Shown one piece after another: positions 14,398-26,560 of a stretch of 64,000 bases of DNA. Every line of letters begins with the position of its first letter. Within the stretch, counting starts at the first letter, position 1. The stretch spans positions 11,408,001 through 11,472,000 of the forward strand of contig NC_043014.1 in NCBI RefSeq assembly GCF_006345805.1, written 5' to 3'. A model generated the notes under the pieces. That model did not search any database and was not told the DNA's origin. It saw only the letters and a program-made list of their open reading frames with translations. The translations under genes and the position numbers were made by a program. The DNA comes from Octopus sinensis (taxonomy: Eukaryota).

Positions 14398-16458
14398 CAG
14401 AAATTTGAAGTATCGTTCATGCGTGAAATTATCAATTCTATTTCTCAAGCAACCACAATAGTGAAATAAATATAATACTCCGTCGGAAAACAAAACAAAA
14501 AAAAAACTAAATCTATAAGTTAGTTCTTTTGTAGAATGAAAATGTTCGCTTCCTCAAAATAAGCTGAAATATCAGTTTAATGTAATTTCACGTAAAACAT
14601 GAGAATTCCCATCTGTAACGCTAAATCTTGCTTTTAAGGAAAATCTTATCATTTGAGATAATTTTACTCCAGAGATATAAGAAAAAACACATTATACTAC
14701 ATTATTAAATCTCAGCTATATGATTTCGAATCCCATGCATATATAATATTACTAAATTAATTATCTCAAATGTAGCAGTTACTATTTTTTTTTTAATTTT
14801 AAGAAATTTAGGCCGAAAAATAAAATCCGATATTCACAAACGTATCGGTTCAATCCGATACTGACTAGGACCGTGTCTTGCTAGGCTGGAATCTGGTTAA
14901 ATCGGGTTTTGGGTAATGGCTAGCTTTGAATAGAACTGAGTCTAGTTGAGTATCTGATTAGACCTCATTCTTGATAGGATTGACTCTTTTCTGCTTCTAA
15001 TTTCTTTATTGCCCACAAGGAGCTAAACATAGAGGGGACAAACAAGGACAGACAAAAGGATTAAATCGACCTCTGTGCGTAACTGATACTTAATTTATCG
15101 ACCCCGAAAGGATGAAAGGCAATGTCGACCTCAGCGGAATTTGAACTCAGAAAGTAACGGCAGACGAAATACCTATTTCTTTACTACCCACAAGGGGCTA
15201 AACATAGAGAGGACAAACAAGGATAGACAAACAGATTAAGTCGATTATATCGACCCCCAGTGCGTAACTGGTACTTATTTAATCGACCCCGAAAGGATAA
15301 AAGGCAAAGTCGACCTAGGCGGAATTTGAACTCAGAACGTAGCGGCAGACGAAATACTGCTAAGCATTTCGCCCGGTGCGATAACGTTTCTGCTAGCTTG
15401 CCGCCTTGGTCTTTTATGCTTCTGGCTTTGAGTTGATGTGGCTTTGGCTAGGAGTAAGTCTACCTATATCTGACACTTGATAAAGAATTCGTGACGCTGT
15501 TCGTTAAAACATCCAGAAAATATTCAGTGAAAACCACCTCCTTCTGCTGGCATGCGAAGTAAATTCATCTCTATGTCTTAGGCTGATGAATTCATGAGGT
15601 AGTGAGATCGATTCCTGCACCGGACTGGGTGTTGTGTTCTTGAGCAAGACACTTTATTTCATGTTGTTCCAGTTCACTCAGCTGTAGAAATGAGTTGCGA
15701 CGTCACAAGTGCCAAGCTGTATCGGCCCCTTTGCCTTTCCCTTGGATAACACTGGTGGCATGGAGAGGGGAGGCCGGTATGCATGGGCGACTACTGGTCT
15801 TCCATAAACAACCTTTTCCGGACTTGAGCACTGGAAGGTAAATTTCTAGGAGCAATCCCATGGTCATTCATGATCGAAGGGGTTCTTTATCCTTTATAGG
15901 ATTCATCCAGCCAGTTACCAGACTTCCATAGGATATAAGTAACCGAGATCACAACTCTGCCCCTAAACGGGACGCTAATCCGTTGCAGGGTTACTCATTG
16001 TGGAATTAAGTGTTTTGCTCAAGAACGCATCGCAACACCTCGGTCTTGAAGTCGAAACCACGATTTTGATCCCAAGACCTTCCGCTTTCGAGGATTAATT
16101 CATCCAAAGTTAAATATGTTGAGCACGGAGATTGTACAGTGCCGATGACGGGACACGGACCAGCTATTCCGCAGTTAATTATCCATAATCCATTACCCTA
16201 CAAATTAGATTATTTGTGACTCTCGTATAACAAAAGACATAATTTTAAACCATGAAACGTGTTTATATTATATTCTATATCAGTGGTCCGCAAAGGTAGT
16301 ACTGGATGTCCGTGAACTATAATTAATGAATAATTATTAATTATCTGTATGTTCTTATATATATATATAGTTGGAATTTACAAAAACAGACAAAAACGAA
16401 GATGGGTATGTGGGCAGCAAACAGAGGTATTAGTTTAACGCTCGGCAAGTGAGAAAGT

Positions 16459-16494
16459 CTTTTACGTTTCGAGCCTACGCTCTTCAACAGAAAA
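16459..16494 (-). ncRNA. Minimal type I hammerhead motif, core variant (CUGUUGA)
   Basis: Minus strand: UUUU-CUGUUGA-A-GAGC(GUAG)GCUC-GAAACGU-A-AAAG. It lies within a Penelope-terminal-like repeat at about 16375-16560. The A6 core position is mutated. Confidence 0.55.
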
Positions 16495-16827
16495 GAACAT
16501 AGTAATAAGCAGAGAGAGAAAATAAAAAAGGTTTAGTAGCTAGCGATCAATCATGGCGAATTATAAATATATATACGAGGTTATGAGGGGTACTGGTGTC
16601 ATTGAAACCCAAAGGTGTCAGGTAATGCTGAATAAGTGCTATAGATAGACCATAGTTAATAAGGGGTTCAACGTTGGTCATATGTCAGCGTGTGTATATA
16701 AAAAAAATTTTTCGTAAAGAGATAAAAAGATCCAAGGCTATATAGATTTTAAAACATTTATAACTGTTCAAAAATCTATAAATGTTCTAAAATCTACACA
16801 CCATTGGTTTTTTATCGCATTAAGAAA

Positions 16828-16871
<44 letters not shown>

Positions 16872-18367
16872 ATAAGCATATTAAAAAGGGTCCGTGGGAA
16901 AACTCATTCAAATAAAGGTTGGGAACCACTGTGAAAGGTTGAGGCCCACTGTTCTATATTATCGTTTATCTTTTACTTGTTTCAGTCATTAGACTGCGAC
17001 CATGCTGCAGCACCACTTTGAAGACTTTTTAATCGAACGAATCGACCCCACTACTTAATTTTGTTTTAGAGCCTGATAGTTATCCTAACGGTCTCTTTTG
17101 CCCAACAGCTAATTTACGGGGACGTAAACACACCAACACCGGTTGCCAAGCAGTGGAAGGGGACGAACACAGACGCAACGTCACGCACAGATACGCATAT
17201 GTGTATATACGACGGGCTTCTTTCAGTTTCCGTATGCCAAATCCACTGACAAGGCTTTGACCAGCTCAAGGCAATAATAGAAGACACATGTGCATGGTAC
17301 CACGGAGTGAGATGGAACCCGGAACCATGTAGTTTGGAAGGAAATTTCATACCACACAGACATGATATTTATGAGATATTTTTCTATTTCATGAGGTTTC
17401 ATATAGTGATATTTATATTTTTATGATGTATCACACACTTATCTTTACGCAGAGAAACTAAGAAAAAACAAAAAAAAAAACATTCGTTGTCTGCTGTTCA
17501 ATTATCCAACACTGAGTATACAACACGACTCGTCTTACACTCGGTCTCGCCATTGTAGCTAATCCCCATTTATGTTATCTTAATTTTCAGCAACTGAATA
17601 TTCAACTAAATCTCATTTTTCAATTATAAAACTGCCAATCGAAACAGAGTAGTAGTAAAATTGGTAATTTGATTCCATCACATAAAATGCAATAATGATT
17701 TTAGCCTCAAAACATCGTAAATGACTTTGCTCGGAAAACATTCCCGACAGGCAAATCTCTATCGTCTGCGCAGGCCGCTACTTTCTTCGGTTATGAAAAG
17801 TAGTTCATAAACAAACCTTCAAAATTTACCCGGATAAAGACCTAAACTGTCACCCCACCCAACACTATATCTAACGTGATCATGTGAAAATAACCTGTAT
17901 TTAAAGAGGTGTGTGCGTGTGTTAATAACTGGAGATGTAGCTTAGATGAAAGATGAGGAGAATTTAATATACATTTAAAAGCAACTTAAAGATGATCACG
18001 GAGCATAAGTAAAACAAAATGGCTATATTTAGCACCAAAACATGTGACATTTTATTCATAGTATCTTATTATTATTCATCCCCCACCCACCAATAAAAAA
18101 ATGACTGCCTTTGTGGCAAAATTTAAAACCATTATCATTATTATTAAGGTGGCGAGCTGGCAGAATCGTTAGCATGCCAGGCAAAATGCTTAGCAATATT
18201 TCGTCTGCCGTTACGTTCTGAGTTCAAATTCCGCCGAGGTCGACTTTGCCTTTCATCCTTTCGGGGTCGATAAATTAAGTACTAGTTGGACACTGGGGTC
18301 GATCTAATCGCCTCATCCCCCTCCCACAAAACTGCTGCCCTTGTGGCAAAATTTGAAGCCATCATCA

Positions 18368-18423
<56 letters not shown>

Positions 18424-18505
18424 TACGCATTGGGATCGATGTAATCAACTTAATCCCTTTGTCTGTCCTTGTTTGTCCCCTCTATGTTTAGCCATAAAGA
18501 AATAA

Positions 18506-18538
<33 letters not shown>

Positions 18539-18570
18539 GTTGTTGGTGGTGGTGGTGGTGGTGGTGTTGC

Positions 18571-18604
<34 letters not shown>

Positions 18605-18828
18605 ACTAAGGCGGTGAGCTGGCAGAATCGTTAGCACGCCGAGCAAAATGCTTAGCGGCATTTCGTCCGTTTTTACGTTCTGAGTTCAAATTCCGCCGAG
18701 GTCGACTTAACCTTTCACCCTTTCGGTGTCCATAAATTAGGTACCAGGGAAATAATAACAACAATAATAATTACAACAACATCGAAAAATACATTAGGAA
18801 TGAGAACCGAGGTTCGAAATTTCCCCAA

Positions 18829-18874
18829 GACACCTGATGAAGGCTGGAGGGTATATTAGCCGAAACGTTGTGTT
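18829..18874 (+). ncRNA. Minimal type I hammerhead ribozyme motif
   Basis: GACAC-CUGAUGA-A-GGCUG(GAGGGUAUA)UUAGCC-GAAACGU-U-GUGUU: stem I, intact core, stem II and palindromic stem III (ACGU). Confidence 0.7.
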
Positions 18875-19439
18875 AACAACAAACAAGATGAGGACGAATA
18901 TCCGTCAATTGTAAATAATGTAAATAATGTTACAAAGAATAAGTCCTGGAGTACAAAGAATAAGTCCTGGAGATTTTTTTCGACTAAAGGCGGTGCTCCA
19001 GCATGGCTGCAGTCAAATGACTGAAACTGGTAAAAAAATGAAAGAATAAAAGAATTTGCCGATAGAGTACAAAGTGGGGGAAAAAAAGCAAAAAACGAAA
19101 GAATTTATCTGACAGCCCAATACATAAAAACTCTGACGTGTAAAACTACTATTGGTTCGCGCATTGACATGCATGCGTTCTCCAAAACACACAATCATCA
19201 AGGCACAGATATGCTTACACATTCATTCGTATATATATAGATAAACACCTATAGAAATAGTGATACACTTACTTGAAGGTTGCACTAAAAGCACCTCCCT
19301 TACATAGCATTCTGCCAGAAGCAGAATTATATCAGTTTTATAATGGACCAATGGGCATTCAAAGTATGAGTTGCCTTTCCGGTCTTAAGCGAAATATGAA
19401 GATGTAAATAATTAAGACGGTAAGAAATATTGTGCGTTG

Positions 19440-19481
<42 letters not shown>

Positions 19482-20136
19482 GTGTGTTGTGTGCATGTGT
19501 GGTGTGTGCGTGTGGTGTGTGTGATGCGTGTGTATGTGTGTGCGTGTGTGGTGTGTTGTGTCTGCGTGTGTGGTGTGTGTGTGTGTGTGTGTGTGTGTCT
19601 ACGGTATATATAAATGGTATTTTGCATATTATTCAAAAGAATTGGTTAACAAAAAAGCTTGGATCTTGCAAAACTTGGAAACAGTTTGCACACACACTTT
19701 GCATATATATGTTGTGTGTCTATGTATTACATATATATATAGATCTATATATATAATATATATATATATATGTGGCAGTATTATTATATATATATATATA
19801 GAAAGAAACCGCGCGACGAGTGGTGGATTGTGAAAAAAGTTATAGTATATAGACTCGAGGCATGGCATTATCGCTTCGTGGCTATATGCTAGTCCTTGGC
19901 TTTCTGCTGAGAGTTGCAACGCCAGTCGTAAATAAATTTATTTTATTTAAAAAAGATTGCCGAAACTATGCATAGTCCAGAAAGGATAGGGTAAACTTTT
20001 TTATTTTTCTTTCCATTTCAGAATTACAACTATTAGTGGTTTGGAGTTTAACTGCTCTTTCTAGTGAGTCGGATGTTCTATTATGGCCATCCCTTATATG
20101 TTTGAATATATATATAATATATATATAATAATATAT

Positions 20137-20187
<51 letters not shown>

Positions 20188-20232
20188 ATATATATATATA
20201 TGTATATAATATATATGTATTATACTTATTAC

Positions 20233-20265
<33 letters not shown>

Positions 20266-20687
20266 ATATATACTATATATTCGAAGAAATGAGGCACTCT
20301 GGATGGTTTTTATATTTACAGATATTTATTAGTATGTTACATGTTTTTATAAATCATATCTCATATATTAGCGCTTTCGTCCACTCTAATGGAGTGTTCA
20401 AATTGAACTTTTGCAGGAAATTTGTCTCTTTTTATAGTATTATTAAGTGTGAAGGGGTGGAGGGGAGATATAAGATAGTACAAGAGGGTGAGGAATGGGG
20501 AGAAAGTGAGAGAGAGACCGTGTGTTTGTGTGTGTTTTTTTGTATCTGGAAGAAGTGTCAAAGAAAAATAGAAAGAAAGGAAGAAAGAGAGAAAGAAGAA
20601 AACATTTGTTGATATCTTTGCAGCTGGTCAGTCTTTCAATAGTAAGTGATTCTTGGCTTTTAGAAATGGCAAACCCAGCTGGTCAAT

Positions 20688-20787
20688 NNNNNNNNNNNNN
20701 NNNNNNNNNNNNNNNNNNNNNNNNNNNNNNNNNNNNNNNNNNNNNNNNNNNNNNNNNNNNNNNNNNNNNNNNNNNNNNNNNNNNNNN
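20688..20787. other. Assembly gap (100 N)
   Basis: Run of exactly 100 N, a typical scaffolding spacer. Confidence 0.99.
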
Positions 20788-23345
20788 GTGAATAGGGGGT
20801 TTGATATTGCTACCCTCATTTACATCTCTTGCCGCGAGGTAGGCTCATCTGGGACTCTCGACAGGAAGAGATCCAGTTTTGATTTGAAAACACCTACATC
20901 CACTTTGTATAGGTCCCTCGGACTCTTTGGGAGAATATCAAAAAGCTGTGGTCCCCTGAAATCCAGGCTTGTGCAGTAACTGGTCCTGAAGCATGATGTC
21001 ATTGCTTGGATCTTTGGCAGTGTCGACCCGTTCTGACATTGTGTAGCTTTCAATGCCAAAATTTGGCGCAATTCCTTCCAGGATCTTTCAGATGTATATT
21101 ACTGCATACCTCTCCAGTCTTCGCTCCAAAGAGTAGAGTCTTAGCTGTTTCAGCCTTTCTCCGTAGCTGAGCTGTTGCAAAGAGAAGCTTCGCTGGATTG
21201 CTTCAAGGTCCGCTGTTAATTTTACACTGTTGGGTGACCATAGCTCTGATCAGTAATCCAGGCGGCTTAGGACGAGTGTCCTCCAGAGGACCATCTCCCT
21301 GGTTCTGCATTTTGTTGCCATCCTGGTAATGTGTACTTGGAATGAGGTATCATTACTCATGTCGATACCGAGGTCCCTCACTGATTTAGGCTCTGGGATT
21401 GTAATCTCATGTGGACCAGTGTACTCTGTAAGTTTTATATTCAGTTTTGGACGCTAGTAGCGCAGAGCTTGGAATTTTTCAGCATTAAACTGCATATTAT
21501 AGTCCTCAGCGCATCTATAAATTAAGTCCAACTCCTGCTGCATGAGTGCAACATCGCTGGGGTTCTGTATTCTCTGTGAGACTTCCGTATCGTCTGCGTA
21601 GCTAGCAAGGGTGGCTATCTGGGCAGCTGAGGCATATCTGAGAGGGCCACTATGAAAAGAAGTGGTCTCAAGACAGTGCCCTATTGAACACCGCTCACTA
21701 TTTGTGTTTCCATTGAGGTGGCTCCATTGGCCATCCTGGCTTCTATCTTTCAGAAAGTCATGCAACCACTCTCCAAGTTTTCCAGCTATGCCGAAATCAC
21801 GCAGTTTATGGCATATCATACCGTGATCCACTTCATCAAAAGCTTTTGTAAAGTCAAGGTATATTACGTCCACATTTGAGTTGTTGAGTAACTGTCTTAA
21901 TACCCATAGTGCAGCAAGAGCTGGGTCAGACAGCTCCTACCTGGCCGAAAGCATGCTGGGTATCACTCGACAAGTCGTTTTCTTCAAGGAATGCGATTAG
22001 TTTCCCTTGAACTATTCGTTCCATTACTTTGCTGATGTGTAAAGTCAAAGAGATAGGCCTATAGTTTTTGGCATCTACTCTGCTTCCCCCTTTATGGATT
22101 GGGCATATTATTCCCTCCTTCAGTTTGCTTAACAGCCTGCCATTTGCAAGAATGCTCTAGAAAAGAATCTGTTTTGGTCTCGCCTGGGTACGCTTACACG
22201 ATTTGAGGAGGATTGCTGGGAAACCATCAGGACCAGCAGTTGAGTTTGCGTCCATCTCATCTATGGCTAGTAGTAAATCTTCTTCTCTAATGTTAATGTA
22301 ATCCATTGTAACTGCCTCGCTGGTTATAGGTGAGGCGGAAAAGAAATCCACTGATTCATTCACTTGTCTTTGTTCCAACGGGGTGGCAAAGACACTTTTG
22401 AACTGGTCATTCAGTACCTCACTGATCCTGGTTGGACTATCTGTGAGGGAGCCATCATTTTGGAAGAAGGTCCTATCTTGCAATGTGCTGAGGCTGTTTC
22501 TTTCGCATAATGAAAGATGACCTTTGGGTTTGACTTACGTTTTTTATAACCCGGGCTTCTTTGTCTGGTCCCTCCCTCCCATAAGATTGTTGCAGGCTTT
22601 TTTCAATCTCCATCAGTGTTGTTTTTAGGCGGGACTTTTCACTAGTTTTGGAATGTTGGTTGAAGTGATTTGCAACCTTCGTCCGTCATCTCATGAATAC
22701 CTTTCTCTTGGAATCTTGTTCTCTTTTGTGTTGGCCTTGTGCTCTGGAATATATTTCTAGCATATGGTTTGCGTAACAGACATGAAATATTCTAGTTTCA
22801 TGCCAATGTCTGGTGTGGAGAGACAGTTCGGCCAGTCCTTTCTGAGGATCTCTTTTTGGATCGATTTCCAGTCTGCTTTGGGGAAATTCAGAATGGAGGA
22901 ATTGTGGGTGCTTCCTTTAGGCTGTACGTCTCTGGCTACTTTTGGTCCATACATAGACAGCTTTATTATCTTGTGATCCGAAACTAATGTCGGTGTCACT
23001 TTCACATTATGAACGATATCCATATTGTTTGTAGAGCAGAGATCCAAAATGTTATTCACCTTAGTTGGTCTGAGCACAATTTGCTCCATGAATAGGGCAT
23101 TGGTGGGGTCGAGCAGGGACTCCACCTGTGCTTGTTTGCAATGAGTCATTCCTGAGAGCATGAGGTCTTCGGGTCATTTGACATTGGGAAAATTGAAATC
23201 ACCTGTAAGAAATACGCTCACGTGGTGCTCCAGTTTCAGGCGATTTCTTGAATTCTTGTGAGGCAATCGTCAAACTTGTCTCTGTGGTTTGGAGCTTCCG
23301 GTGAGTGATATGTATTGCATACAACTATATGCGTTGTCTTATGTA
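20788..23345 (-). mobile_element. Degenerate CR1/L2-group LINE ORF2 (AP endonuclease + reverse transcriptase), 5'-truncated
   Basis: Endonuclease motifs FLTGDFNFP, PTKVNNILDL and SDH. RT motifs STAGPDGFPAILLK, DVIYLDFTKAFDEVDHG and SYADDT, plus C-terminal FKSKLDLFLSRVPDEP. Multiple frameshifts and stops; the 3' end abuts the assembly gap. Confidence 0.85.
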
Positions 23346-23361
23346 TACACTTAGAGTATTC

Positions 23362-23373
23362 ATATATATATAT

Positions 23374-23451
<78 letters not shown>

Positions 23452-23484
23452 TTATATATATATATATGTATATATTATATATAT

Positions 23485-23561
<77 letters not shown>

Positions 23562-23641
23562 ATATATATATATACACATGCATATATATGTATATATATA
23601 TATATAATTATATACACATACATATATATAGTATATATACA

Positions 23642-23701
<60 letters not shown>

Positions 23702-23720
23702 GTATATATGTATGTATGTA
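23362..23720. repeat. (TA)n-rich microsatellite at the LINE 5' truncation point
   Basis: Direct observation. Similar tracts at 26-75, 7630-7808 and 20105-20280. Confidence 0.98.
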
Positions 23721-24329
23721 TACGACAGGCTTCTTTCCGTCAGCCAAATCCACTCACAAGACTTTGATTGACCCGGAGATATAACAGAAGACGTTAGCTA
23801 AAGCTGCTACGCAGTGGGACTGAACCCGAAATCATATAGTTGGGAAGCAAGCTTCTTATCACAATCTTAGAATATTTTTTCAAAATTTCATGTAACAATT
23901 TTTGTTCCATTTAGCAAAATCAATACAAGGGAGGTAACTGCCAGACTTATTCATATGGGAGGCAACTCTGTTTTGTCTGCATCTAAGAATGAAATTAGAA
24001 TTGAACGATTTTGCTATATCCCATCGAAAGTCAGTTATTAAGAGTCATAAATATAGATTTCCCTCCTTATTACTGAACAGCCAAATTTTATGAAGTTTTA
24101 ATAGTCAGGTCGTTGTCTTTTAAATATCCATCATGATATTCTAATTTCAATAAATTTCCACAATACTTTTACAAAACAGAAATATATTTTCCCCAAAATA
24201 ACTCACTTCCAAGCACACACACACTTAATACAAGCTTTGTTGATAGTCAAAAAGATATTTATTATCAAAATAACTTTTTGGGAGAAAAGCAGCGAAATAA
24301 AACTAATCGATCGTAAATATATCCATGAG

Positions 24330-24745
24330 AAGGGCGGCGAGCTGGCAGAATCGTTAGCACGTCGGGCGAAATGCTTAGCGGTATTTCGTCTGCCGTTATG
24401 TTCTGAGTTCAAATTCCGCCGAGGTCGACTTTGCCTTTGACCCTTTCGGGGTCAATAAATTAAGTACCAGTTACGCACTGGAGTCGATATAATCGACTTA
24501 ATCCGTTTGTCTGTCCTTGTTTGTCCTCTCTGTGTTTAGCCCCTTGTGGGTAGTAAAGAAACAGGTATTTCGTCTACCGTTACGTTCTGAGTTCAAATTC
24601 CGCCGAGGTCGACTTTGCCTTTATCCTTTCGGGGTCGATAAATTAAGTACCAGTTACGCACTGGAGTCGATGTAATCGACTTAATCCCTTTGTCTGTCCT
24701 TGTTTGTCCCCTCTATGTTTAGCTCCTTGTGGGCAGTAAAGAAAT
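24330..24745 (+). mobile_element. Dimeric family B SINE with 15-bp TSD
   Basis: TSD aaatatatccatgag at 24315-24329 and 24746-24760. Internal junction gtaaagaaa(c/t)aggtatttcgtc. Similar dimers at about 15000-15405 (-) and 55245-55640 (+). Confidence 0.85.
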
Positions 24746-24954
24746 AAATATATCCATGAGTTATCCTGATCTGAATATATATATATATATATATATAATT
24801 TCTTGTTTTCTGATCTTTTAGTACCTATATATTCTCTGATGTTAGTGACCCTTCATTCGTTATGATAAGGGAGCATTTATTTGAATATACAAATATTTAT
24901 TTGAATATATATATATATATATATATGAAGGGAGATAACTCTGACAAAGCTAGC

Positions 24955-24957
<3 letters not shown>

Positions 24958-25046
<89 letters not shown>
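24958..25046. repeat. (GATA)n microsatellite
   Basis: About 22 perfect GATA units. (TG)n-type tracts also occur at 2862-3055, 9793-9865 and 19443-19597. Confidence 0.98.
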
Positions 25047-25047
<1 letters not shown>

Positions 25048-25189
25048 TTTCAGTTATCTAGCCAACTAGCTAGCAACACAGATAGATTTTTAACTATTAC
25101 AAATTAATTCTGGGACAAATTTCTGTTGTTTGTGAGATATTAAAAATATTAGTTTCACATTTTAGCACAAAGCAAGTGATTTCGGGTGA

Positions 25190-25539
25190 GAGGATAATTC
25201 AGTACTCCAGTTGTTACTGAATGGAACAAGGAACATTCTAGTGAAGTTGAACATCTTATCTGGCCACCACGGTCCCCGGATCTCAATATTATTGAACATT
25301 TATGGTGCATTTTAGAACAAGTAGGGAATCAATATCCTCCACCATCATCACTACAAGAACTGGAGACTGTTTTAGCTGAAGAATGGACAAAAATTCCTTT
25401 GGAAACAATTTAAACATTGTACAAGTCCATACCTCATACACTTCAAGCTGTAATTATTGCCAAAGGCAGTCCTACCCCATATTAAAATAAAATTGTTTGA
25501 AATTTTAAGGTGTTTCCATTATTTTGTCCAGCCCTTGTA
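25190..25539 (+). mobile_element. Tc1-family transposon 3' end (transposase C-terminus + right TIR)
   Basis: WPPRSPDLNIIEHLWCILE...EEWTKIPLETI...AVIIAKGSPTPY*, followed by a TIR-like ccattattttgtccagcccttg-TA. Confidence 0.8.
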
Positions 25540-25579
25540 TGTATGTTTGTGTGTGTGTGTGGTGTGTGTGTGTGTGTAT

Positions 25580-25880
25580 ATCACGTGACCGACCAGGCTA
25601 TCAGATGTTGCGACACATCGCTGGTCACAATGCGCTTCGCATTGTTTTAGCCTTCAAATGATGCCACCCCGCTGGCTAAGCGAGCAGGCCAACAGAAGAA
25701 AGAGTGAGAGAAAGTTGTGGCGAAAGAGTACAGCAAGGATCACCACCACCCCCTGCCGGAGCCTCGTGGAGCTTTAGGTGTTTTCGCTCAATAAATACTC
25801 ACAACGCCCAGTCTGGGAATCGAAACCGCGATCCTACGACCGCGAGTCTGCTGCCCTAACCACTGGGCCATTGCGCCTCC
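25580..25880 (-). mobile_element. SINE family D (tRNA-like head ggaggcgcaatggcccagtgg)
   Basis: The same head and body recur at 28704-28895 (+), there fused to a family C 3' half. Confidence 0.7.
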
Positions 25881-26039
25881 ACGTGTATATATCCATGCTA
25901 GCATGGAAAGCAGACGTTAAACGATGATGATGATGATGATATATATATGTATGTATGTATATATATATATATATGTATGTATGTATATATATATGTATGT
26001 ATATATATATATTTATATATATGTATGTATATATATATT

Positions 26040-26076
<37 letters not shown>

Positions 26077-26079
26077 GTC

Positions 26080-26560
26080 AGCTGGAACACCTAGATCAGC
26101 CTGACTGTCTGGTGCTGAGTCAGCTCCGCTGGCCACAGCTTTTGCTCCTTTCCCCTTGTGCTCTGCCCATTCTCCTCCACATTGTTCCAAACATCTTCCC
26201 TCCTGATCAGAGGCCTTGCAAATGGTCTCTTCCATTCGCCCAAGTACCAATCGACAACGGCACGAGTACACCAATTCACCAATTGTCTGTGAACCTTGCG
26301 ACATGACCAGCCTATCATATATTTGTGTGGTTGTATCCTGTAATGATGTCCTTCTCTCCAACCTGGTGAAGGATGTGCTGAAGGTGAAACTAGATAGGGC
26401 AACTGGGGCCAATCTCTTCAACAGCACGGTCTTGCTGGCAATGTTATATGTATCTGAGACCTGGGTTTTGATGAAGAGAGAACAACATCTGCTTACGGTG
26501 CAGAGAGCCATGGAAAGGTTAATGTTGGGAATCTCGCTAAGTGATCAATCTAAAACGAGA
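26080..26560. mobile_element. RTE-clade LINE 3' fragment with internal inversion
   Basis: About 26370-26560 on + reads LFNSTVL.AMLY.SETW...[13 protein letters not shown]. About 26365-26080 on - reads KDII...[26 protein letters not shown]. These are adjacent parts of the RTE C-terminus in opposite orientation. Confidence 0.75.

Noticed and set aside
19270-19390. Perfect minus-strand donor CAA|GTAAGT with short open frames upstream
   Set aside because: The acceptor and frame are ambiguous and the peptides are unrecognisable.
19862-20060. Signal-peptide-like ORF MALSLRGYMLVLGFLLRVATPV followed by a strong acceptor at 20021
   Set aside because: The only plausible donors are phase 0 and splice into NYNY-stop; the unspliced ORF is 37 aa with no homology.
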